64,000 nt of DNA from an uncultured Spirochaetota bacterium (GTDB lineage Bacteria; Spirochaetota; Spirochaetia; SZUA-6; Fen-1364). The notes under the pieces were generated by a model, which saw only the letters and a program-made list of their open reading frames with translations, searched no databases and had not been told where the DNA came from. The position numbers and the translations under genes are program-made. How positions within the stretch are numbered: the stretch's first letter is position 1; each line of letters begins with the position of its first letter. The stretch covers positions 1 through 64,000 of the forward strand of contig CAVUXE010000045.1 in assembly GCA_963745235.1 (NCBI GenBank), written 5' to 3'. Positions 55,623 to 64,000 of the stretch are shown piece after piece.

Positions 55623-58600
55623 ATGGCGTCCAACAAGAGGAAACACACGCGCGTCGATCACCGCGCAGCCGTGGAGCTCACGTCGGAGTCCTCCATATTT
55701 CCCGGTACGTCTGTCAACGTCAGCGTGAGCGGAATGCAGGTGGTGGTCGGACTGCCGGCGTCGTACGATTCGATCCAACGTATTGCATTTCATATCCCTG
55801 GCTCTGATAAGCGCGTCGAGCTGCCCTGCCGGCTGATTCGCAACTCGGAGCACGACGGTGAAGGTGACCAGGTCCTGGGCCTGGAGTTTCTCTATGAAGC
55901 CGATGCCCAGCTCCTGCTCATAGAGAAGTTCATCCAGGACAGCCAGCCGGGCCGGGACGATGCGCGCCAGCTTCCTCGAACTTCCTGCCGCCTTGACGAT
56001 GTCACGGTCGATACCCCCGCCTTTCACGTCCTCTCAATCGACAATCTCTCCACCGAGGGAATGCTCCTGAGCTTTCGCGGGAACCTGAAAGAAGGGGACG
56101 CGCTCGCCATGAGCGTCGGCATTCCCGGCGACGACCGCCGTCTTGGCCTCTCGGGAACGGTCGTCTACGTTGTCGAGAACGTGTTTCGCGGCTCCCTGAC
56201 GGCCGGCGTTCGATTGTCGACCTTGAAAGAGACCGAGGAAAGCCGACTCAGGAATCTCATCGTCGCCTGCTCATCAGGGAGCGCATTGCGCGGACTGCAC
56301 GAGCATCTTCATTCCAAGGAGATGGAACCCGAGTCCCGAATTGTAGATCCGGTCCTGATCGGCGACATCCTGCATTCACTGAAAGTGGAATGCGTTCGAT
56401 TGAGCACCCTGGTGGAAGGATCTTTCACCATCATCGAGCACGAGCTCGAAGGCGTTGACCTTGGATTGCAGCGGTTTGCAATCAGAGCAGGCAGCGAGCT
56501 TGCCACACGCAGTCTCGGACCGGGGGCGACGGCGTACTTCAGCTTCTATTGGAAGAAGGCCAGCTACTATTTCAAGGCGGTCGTGGGCTCCGCCCGTGAT
56601 GATCTCCTCAGGTTTTCCTTTCCGAGCGTCATGTTCCGCTCGGACAAGAGGTCATACCAGAGAAAGCCGCTGGAGAGCGCCTCCCGCGCAAGGCTCGCAA
56701 TACGCGGGCATACGTTCGAGGGGACACTGATCGATATCAGCCGCAGGGGGTTTCTCTGCGAGCTTCACCTTCCTGCCGAATCCCAGGCATTCTTCCAGAA
56801 AGGAAAAAGCCTTCACTACACCGTGGATGACAGGCTCGGGCTGGGAAGCGAAGGCCAGATCCGGCACCTGAGAGTGCTGCCAGCGCCGGAGGGCGTCGTT
56901 CTGCAAGTGGGCGTGGAAGCGGGAATCGGGAGAAACGCGGTGCGCTTCCGGCGCATCCCAGCCGAAAAATGGGAAGAAAGAACCTCTCGCAGCGGCGGCC
57001 TCCCGGGTTCTGAACGACGCATCGAGTCTCATTTCGTGCGGTTTCCCGACCGGGCAGGCCATGAGATCTGCGCCCTGCTCAATGCGACCGAGCTGCGAGT
57101 CAAAGCCCCGGTCGTCATCATTCCTTCCGCGTACGGGAAAAAGAAGGAAGCATTCTCTCCCCTCGTGGCGACTCTGCTCGCGAGCTTCTGGAGCGAGGGG
57201 AGAAACATAGTCACGCTCCGCTATGATGGCGTCAATCGTCCGGGTGAAAGCCATCGGGACGAGATGAACCCGAAGCGCGGGTACGAAATGCTCACCTACA
57301 GGATCAGTCAGGGGCTCGGTGATCTCGAGGCGGCGTTGGATTTCGCGAACGATAACCCATACTTCGTTGCTGAAAAGGTGATCGTCATCTCCTTCAGCAT
57401 GGCCGCCATCGATGTGCGGCGCTTCCTGAGCCGGGATGAAGGCACGGCAATCGACTACTGGGTCAGCGTCATGGGGGTTCCTTGCGCGCAAACGACTCTG
57501 CGCAACATCCTCGGCGGAATCGATATCGTCAGCAACTATCGCCTGGGAATCCCCAACGGGATCATAGGGCTGTTGGGGCATCTGATCGACATGGACATCA
57601 CGGCCGCTGATTTGGTCGACAGAAGGTACGCCTTCCTGACCGACGCGCGCCTCGACATGTCTCGAATCGCAATTCCCGTGCTGTGGATCTACGGCCTGTA
57701 CGACAGATGGGTCGACATCGATGAGGTGAAGGACCTCATGTCGGTCAAGGCGCCGGGGAGACGCGAGATTGTCGAGATCCCCACCGGACACAACCTGCGC
57801 ACCAGCGACGATGCCATCGAGACTTTCAAGCTGATCACGGCCTCCATCCATGAGGAGCTCTACGGCACGCGGATAGTGGCCCGAGACCCATGGAAGGAGG
57901 AGATGATTCGCCTGCTCACCGAGGAGCGTGAGCGTCTCCAGAACAGGGTCGCTCCCCCTCTGACCGAATACTGGCGCGGGTACCTGCTCGGAAACGAAAG
58001 GAATCGCGTCGGCTACGACTTCTACAGGAACATTCCGGAGTTCACCGACTTCCTCAGAACGCAGGCAAAGTGCCTGGCGCTCGGGGAAGGGGAGATCATT
58101 GCCGACCTGGGTTGCGGGACCGGCATTTTCCTGGAGGCGCTGCTGGACTTCATCGCTGAGGCGGGAGCGCGAATATCGGCAAAGGAGATCATGGCCGTTG
58201 ACCTCGTTCCGGATGCCCTGGACAAGGCGCGGCAAAAGTGTGAAGACGCTCTTGCCTTGAACCCCCGCCTGCGGAGCATTCACTTCCAGTACGCGCAAAA
58301 GAACCTGGAGCCCAATCGGCTCATTCCCGTTTCGCGCTTCATCGAGTCGAAGGTGCCTTCCCTCGATTCACTGAGGAACAAAATCGAGGGCCTTTCAGGA
58401 AAAGTGCTGGACAGTCTCATAGAACGCGCATCTCCCGACGTGTACGCCGTGATGCGCGGCGGGACGCCGGAGGGGGAGCCCTTTCTAAGGTTGAAATCGA
58501 CGCTGCAAGCCGTCGAGCTTCAGACGGTCCTGGAGTTCAACAGGGCGGCCCGATACCTCTTGCACAGGCTCGAGAAGCATGACTTGAGACCTGACCGGAT

Positions 58601-59122
58601 TTCGGAAAATGTTTCCCTGGAATGCCTGCGCACGAGCGATCTGGTGTTCGAGAAGCTCAACTTTGGAGACTATGATTCCAATCTCGGACTGGGCTTGCCC
58701 GGCGAACCATTTCACCAGGATCGTCGCAAGTCTCTTCATCTCGTATCTCCATAACCCTGACTACGCGCTTGCCGAATGCTACAGAATGTTGAAACCAGGC
58801 GGCATCCTCCTTGTCTCCTCCATGAAGCCTGACAGCGACATCTCAATGATGTTCACCAACTATATCAGGAAGACGCTGACCCCGAATTGCTCCGAGGATG
58901 ACGGGATGGAAAATGGGGTGAGCGGCGCACGGGCCATGCTGAATGAGGCCGCCAGTCTCTTCGAGCTGGAAGAGGACGGCTTTTTCAGATTCTACACGCT
59001 CGAAGAGCTGAAAGACCTGCTGGCTGACGCTGGATTCGTTGAGGTCACCGGTGCTTTCTTCCATGGGAGACCCTCCTCAGGCTTGCATCGCAGTTGCAAA
59101 AAAGACCTTGACAACATCTTAG
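55623..59122 (+). CDS. Multidomain protein: three PilZ domains + LuxD-like alpha/beta hydrolase + class I SAM methyltransferase (frameshifts ~58700 and ~59055)
   Basis: RKHTR/NVSVSG, RQLPR/NLSTEG and RSYQR/DISRRG; LRYDG, SFSMA, DRWV and GHNL; DLGCGTG; ECYRMLKPGG. Confidence 0.8.
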
Positions 59123-59135
59123 ATTACTCTACAAT
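59108..59135 (+). promoter_or_regulatory. Sigma70-type promoter for the ligase-ACP-radical SAM-kinase unit
   Basis: TTGACA-N16-TACAAT in an AT-rich patch. Confidence 0.65.
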
Positions 59136-59174
59136 AGCCACTATACCAAAAAACTCCACTAGGAATGAAATCAA

Positions 59175-60569
59175 ATGGTTGGAATAGGGAGAAAGATAGA
59201 CGAAGCGTTGCATGACTGGGGCGATTCGCCTGCATTTCTTCAAGTCACCCAGGCGAACGGGGCCACTGTCATCCCCTCCATCGCGTTCTCGCAGAAGATC
59301 TTGGAGATTGCGAGCCAACTCCAGGCATGGGGGATCCGAGAAAAGTATCTCGTTCCGATTTTCCTGGGCAACTCGACAGATTTCATTGCCATCTTTCTTG
59401 CCCTGATTCGCATCGGCGCGATCCCCGTCCTCGCCAAGCTGGACTACCGAACGCTGGAGCTCGACGAAGTATTCGCCAACGCGCAGCCGCAGGCGGTGAT
59501 AGCTGAGAAAGAGCACCTCCGGCACCTGTCGCCATACCTCCACAATTCCATCGTTATCGTTCGATCAGGGGATCAGTTCCTGCTGGAACAGTCCGTCGAG
59601 GGCCTGACGCGCCGGGAGGACATTCCCGACGATATCGCGTCCATCAACTATACCTACCGCGGGTACGGGTATCCGCTGGGGGCCATGATCTCCCATGACC
59701 AGTACCTTCACGGCGCCAGGGTACTGCAGGACGGGCTGCAGGGGTCTGCGGGAGAGAAGATGCTCATTATCCTGCCGATGGCGCACATTTTCACGATGGT
59801 AGGATGCGTCCTGGTCCCCTTGCTCTACCGGATGACCAGCGTCATTGTCGATACGTTGCACCCCCGACTTCTCTTTCAATACATTCGTGATTTCCGTATC
59901 GAGCACATCACATCCGTTCCGGAAGTTTACGAGCTGCTCTACCGGCTCCGCGACCCCGCGGTCGACCTTTCCTCACTGAAGGTCTTTGTGTCGGGAGGCA
60001 GCATCCTGACCCCTGACAGCTACGCGAATCTCAAGAGGGCCTTTTCGATCGACCTGCTTCATGGATACGGCCTGACGGAGTTCACTCCGGTCAGCCGCAA
60101 CATGCGAGGTAAGTCCCGGTCGGGAACGGTCGGACCCCTGTGTGACCTCGTGGAGTGCCGAATCGACTCTTGCAGCCCCGGCGGGGCAGGAGAGATCCTG
60201 ATCAGGACGCCGCATATGACGGGTACGTACTACCGCAGGCCGCGCGAGTCGGCCGAGGCGCACAACGATGGCTGGTTCAGGACGGGGGACATGGGCCGTA
60301 TCGATGCGGGACACCTTGTATTCGTGAAAGAGTTGAAGAATACGCGCAAGATAAATGGAAATCTCGTGGACATCGAAGAGGTCACACGCGCCCTCAAGCT
60401 GGACCCCGATGTGGCGGACGCACAGGTGGGTTGGGAGAGCAACTCCCTGTTCGCGCGGGTCGCGGTGAGCCAGCGCATCGACTTCGATGAGAAGGCGAGA
60501 CGTATGAAGTCCCTCCTCAGAGAGGTCATAGCGGAGTACAAGGTTCCGAAACGATTCAGCGTGCTTTGA
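59175..60569 (+). CDS. AMP-binding (ANL superfamily) acyl ligase, atypical
   Basis: LPMAH, SGG, GYGLTE and WFRTGD; P-loop region reads YTYRGYGYPLG. Confidence 0.85.
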   Translation: MVGIGRKIDEALHDWGDSPAFLQVTQANGATVIPSIAFSQKILEIASQLQAWGIREKYLVPIFLGNSTDFIAIFLALIRIGAIPVLAKLDYRTLELDEVFANAQPQAVIAEKEHLRHLSPYLHNSIVIVRSGDQFLLEQSVEGLTRREDIPDDIASINYTYRGYGYPLGAMISHDQYLHGARVLQDGLQGSAGEKMLIILPMAHIFTMVGCVLVPLLYRMTSVIVDTLHPRLLFQYIRDFRIEHITSVPEVYELLYRLRDPAVDLSSLKVFVSGGSILTPDSYANLKRAFSIDLLHGYGLTEFTPVSRNMRGKSRSGTVGPLCDLVECRIDSCSPGGAGEILIRTPHMTGTYYRRPRESAEAHNDGWFRTGDMGRIDAGHLVFVKELKNTRKINGNLVDIEEVTRALKLDPDVADAQVGWESNSLFARVAVSQRIDFDEKARRMKSLLREVIAEYKVPKRFSVL

Positions 60570-60602
60570 CGAAAGCACCTGCCCTGAGGAGGGATACGGC
60601 AG

Positions 60603-60878
60603 ATGGGCAATGTGCAGGAAAACTGGAACCCGGATAAGTTCAAGAAGGAAATCAAGCAGATCGTTTCGAAAATTTCCCGAATCGAAGCAGCGGATCTGGA
60701 GGACCACCTTCTGATTCGCGAAGAGCTGGGAATCGACAGCCTGATGGCAATGGAGATTATCGCCACCTGCGAAAAGCTCCTGCGACTGAAGATCGACGAA
60801 ACACTGTTCGGTGAAATACAGACTGTCGGAGACTTTCTTGACCTTCTCGTAACGCTCTCAGGGCGGGCGGATGCGTGA
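60603..60878 (+). CDS. Acyl carrier protein
   Basis: LGIDSL phosphopantetheine motif; TVGD; AGGAGG SD. Confidence 0.92.
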   Translation: MGNVQENWNPDKFKKEIKQIVSKISRIEAADLEDHLLIREELGIDSLMAMEIIATCEKLLRLKIDETLFGEIQTVGDFLDLLVTLSGRADA

Positions 60879-62190
60879 GTCCCGGATCCGCATCCTTCTT
60901 GTCTCCCCCAAGGGGGAGTTTCTCTGTCGATCGCCCGAGTTCGGAGAGTTCATGCAGAGCTCACGCGACATGCGGACCATTCTGCACTTCTGGAACGGAA
61001 TTGGTGTCGCGCTACCGACGCTCGCCGCTCTGACACCGCCTTCGTTCGAAGTATTCATCGTTGACGAGAACATGGAGCCCATAGACTTCAGTGCTCCGTG
61101 TGACATTGTGGGCGTTACCGCCATGACCCAGCAGGCCACACGAGCCTATGAAATCGCGGATGAGTTTCGAAGGAGAGGGCGTCACGTAGTTCTTGGAGGC
61201 ATCCACGTGACTGCACTGCCCGGTGAAGCGATGCATCACGCGGACACGGTCATTGCGGGTGAGGCGGAAAACCTGTGGCCCAAGTTCCTGCAGGACTTTC
61301 AATCGGGAACGACACGTCGTATCTACGATCAGGAAGGGATCTCGCCCGTGGACATGACTCGCATCCCTGTGCCCCGCTACGAGTTGCTCGCGAAGTATCG
61401 CTACCCGGTTGTATACGTTCAAGCGACGCGCGGATGTCCGCACGATTGCGAGTTCTGTGTTGCGTCCAACATCTACGGGAAAAGATACAAGCACAAGACC
61501 GTTCAGCAAGTCGTGAACGAGGTCACGGAGGCGAAAAGGCTCTGGAAATACGCGCAAATCGGCTTCGCGGATGACAACATGTTCGTTGATCACGCGTACT
61601 CGACTGAGCTCGTCGAAAGGCTGAAGGAGCTGAAAATTGCCTGGTTCGCGATATGCGACATCGCCGTTGCCAAGGACGAAGCATTCCTCCGCCTGCTCCA
61701 CGAGAGCGGGTGCCGCACTCTCCTCATTGGATTCGAGAGTGTGTCCAAGACAAGTCTCCACGGCATGAACAAAGACGCGTGGAAACAAAAGCGATTCGAT
61801 TCCTACCCGGAGTATATCCGGAGAATTCAGAGCCAGGGGATCGGCGTCTATGGATCCTTCATTCTCGGGCTGGACGATGACGGTCCTGAGTCGATCGATG
61901 CGACTGTTAATTTTGTCAACGATAATATCCTCTTGGGAACACAGATTACTCTTCTCACCCCCTTCCCGGGCAGCCGTCTGCGCTCCCGGCTCGAGCGGGA
62001 GCGGCGGATCGTTCATGATGATTGGAAGTGGTACACCGTTTGGAACTCAGTGATCCGACATCCCAGGTTCACGTCCGAGGAGCTCGAGAGGGGGCTTCTG
62101 CGAGCGTACGAAGGGGTGTATAATCCCGAGAGCAACGCCAGGCGTGCCCAGTATTTTCGAAAGGTGTGCGAAAATCTCGTCGAAGGGTAG
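60871..62190 (+). CDS. B12-binding domain radical SAM protein
   Basis: LGGIH and GEAE N-terminal domain; RGCPHDCEFC; DDN, GFES and TPFPGS. Confidence 0.93.
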   Translation: MRESRIRILLVSPKGEFLCRSPEFGEFMQSSRDMRTILHFWNGIGVALPTLAALTPPSFEVFIVDENMEPIDFSAPCDIVGVTAMTQQATRAYEIADEFRRRGRHVVLGGIHVTALPGEAMHHADTVIAGEAENLWPKFLQDFQSGTTRRIYDQEGISPVDMTRIPVPRYELLAKYRYPVVYVQATRGCPHDCEFCVASNIYGKRYKHKTVQQVVNEVTEAKRLWKYAQIGFADDNMFVDHAYSTELVERLKELKIAWFAICDIAVAKDEAFLRLLHESGCRTLLIGFESVSKTSLHGMNKDAWKQKRFDSYPEYIRRIQSQGIGVYGSFILGLDDDGPESIDATVNFVNDNILLGTQITLLTPFPGSRLRSRLERERRIVHDDWKWYTVWNSVIRHPRFTSEELERGLLRAYEGVYNPESNARRAQYFRKVCENLVEG

Positions 62191-62192
62191 CG

Positions 62193-64000
62193 ATGGGCTC
62201 TCGGAATCCCGCAATCTCAAGCGACCAACTCTCTTTGCGAGCCGGATTCGAGGCGGAAACCCGAGACAAGGCGGTCCGTGACACCCGTCTCACCGCGATC
62301 GTTGCCAGTATTCTCTTCCTTCTGTTCTGCATTCTCGACTATTTCGCGTATCCGCGTTCGTTCCTTCTTTTTTTCCTGATACGGTGCGTGGTCGTGCTTG
62401 GCAGCGGGCTGATCTTTCTCCTGATGTGGACCCAAGTTGGCACGAGGCATCCCCGGCTTTTTGCCATGCTGGAGTACATGTTGTGCGGCTCGGGAATCGT
62501 GCTCATGGTCCATTTGTCGGATGGGTATGCCAGCCCATACTACGCCGGGGTCAACCTGGTCCTGATGGCGTTCATTTCCATCATTCCCCTCGACGCAAAA
62601 AGAACAGCGCTGATATGCACCATTCTGTATGCAATTTACCTGATTCCGATCCTCGCCCTGCAGAGGATCATCCACTTCCACATTTTCCTGAACAACAACT
62701 TCTTTCTTGTTGCCACTATTGTTCTCGTAGTCCTCAGCTCGCGCCTTGCCACTCAGATGCGATTTCGGGAGTTCAGCGCGAGGTTCAATCTCGCCCGTGC
62801 GAATGAGGAACTGAAGAAGCTGGACATCCTGAAGTCGCAGTTCTTCGCGAACGTGAGTCACGAAGTCCGCACTCCACTCACTTCCATCCTGTCTCCCATC
62901 CAGAGCCTGTACCAGGGGGACCTCGGACCACTGAATCCCGACCATCAGACGGCTGGTGGGCCAGGTCTATCGCAACTCGCTCAAGCTGCTCGACATGATC
63001 AACCAGATGCTTGACTTCTCGAAGTTCGAGGCCCGCAAGATGCAGCTTCACCTCAGGCACCTGGATATCGACGAGCTCGCCCGAGACATCGTCACCACAT
63101 TCCAGGACGTCACGGAACGAAAGGGATTGAAGCTTCGCTACGTGAGGGAAGGGGAGCTGCGGCCCGCCTATCTCGATGCGGAGAAACTGGAGAGGATTCT
63201 CACCAACCTCATACGCAATGCCATCAAGTTCACGGAAAGTGGCTCCATCACGGTTCGCGCCGGCGCCAGCCTCAAGCAATCGATTGGGTCGAAGTCAGGG
63301 ACACCGGCATCGGCATTCCCTCGCAGCACCTGGCGAACATCTTCAACAGATTCCAGCAGGTGGATTCCTCCAGCACGCGAAAATATGAGGGCACGGGGCT
63401 TGGGCTTACTATCGTCAAAGGAGTCGGTGGATCTGATGAAGGGAAGCATCAAGGTCCAGAGCGAGGAGAGCACGGGGCACGGCATTCCGCGTCGAGCTGC
63501 CGACCAACCTGGACACAGCTGGTTCCCGACGCATTCATCGACAGGCGGAAGGATCAGCCGCGCCGGCAGACCGCGGACGATTTCGACGGAGAAGAGAGAA
63601 GAAGACAGGCGCGCCGGGAATCGGACCAGTCGCGAGGATCAGCGTGGACGACCTCGCGCTCATAGAGAAAGAGACCATGGAGCGTCGGAGCGGGGAGAGG
63701 ACGGCGTCTTCGCCCACGCCGGGCAACGGCAAGGCGGACCGTGTCCTTCTGGTGGAAGACAACATCGACCTCAGGGCATACATCAGCAAAATGCTTTCGC
63801 GTTTCGGACATGAAGTGGCGACGGCGATCGACGGGCTGGACGGCTGGGAGCACGCGCAGACAGACCTTCCCGACCTCGTGGTCTCGGACATCATGATGCC
63901 CCGCATGGACGGGTACGAGCTGGTCAGCCGCATCAAGTCAACCGACACGACCCGCCACATCCCGGTGATCCTGATCACGGCGAAGCCGGAGCTGGAATCG
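62193..64000 (+). CDS. Multi-TM hybrid sensor histidine kinase with receiver domain (frameshifts; runs off the window)
   Basis: About 6 TMs; [11 protein letters not shown]-box, [17 protein letters not shown] and GTGLGL; REC VEDN...[10 protein letters not shown]...ITAK. Confidence 0.9.

Noticed and set aside
56652-58298. Long antisense ORF (similarly 44087..45664, 6422..7486 and 61012..62016)
   Set aside because: Antisense shadows typical of high-GC coding DNA, with no motifs.
57020-60569. Bioluminescence (luxCDE-like) cluster
   Set aside because: There is a LuxD-like domain, but no LuxC reductase, LuxE-type synthetase or luciferase in the window.

Overview
GC-rich bacterial window that reads like an error-prone long-read or metagenome contig: many genes are broken by apparent single-base indels, most densely at 1-5.4 kb, 48.7-54.2 kb and 62.9-63.7 kb. 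The first ~5.6 kb (GH99/WbsX-like glycosidase, Acidobacteria-style TonB-dependent receptor, REP-like palindrome) appears to join abruptly to a different-looking backbone; Spirochaetia-like is my inference only. The backbone carries transport and metabolic genes: ilvBN with an unannotated Leu/Val/Ile leader-peptide attenuator, an M-box riboswitch-controlled Nramp/small protein/MgtE-N-CBS magnesium operon, an MCP, PepN, a UbiA + cyanobacterial-type MPBQ/MSBQ methyltransferase + UbiE quinone cluster, a SorC-linked sugar ABC/SIS/PfkB locus with a 36-bp palindrome, zwf and a liv operon. The best candidate for an undescribed system is at 55.6-64 kb: a triple-PilZ / LuxD-like thioesterase / SAM-methyltransferase fusion followed by an atypical adenylating enzyme, an ACP, a B12-radical SAM enzyme and a multi-TM hybrid histidine kinase. 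I interpret it as a possible c-di-GMP-gated lipid-signal synthase next to its receptor. All family assignments come from motif recognition by eye, not database searches.
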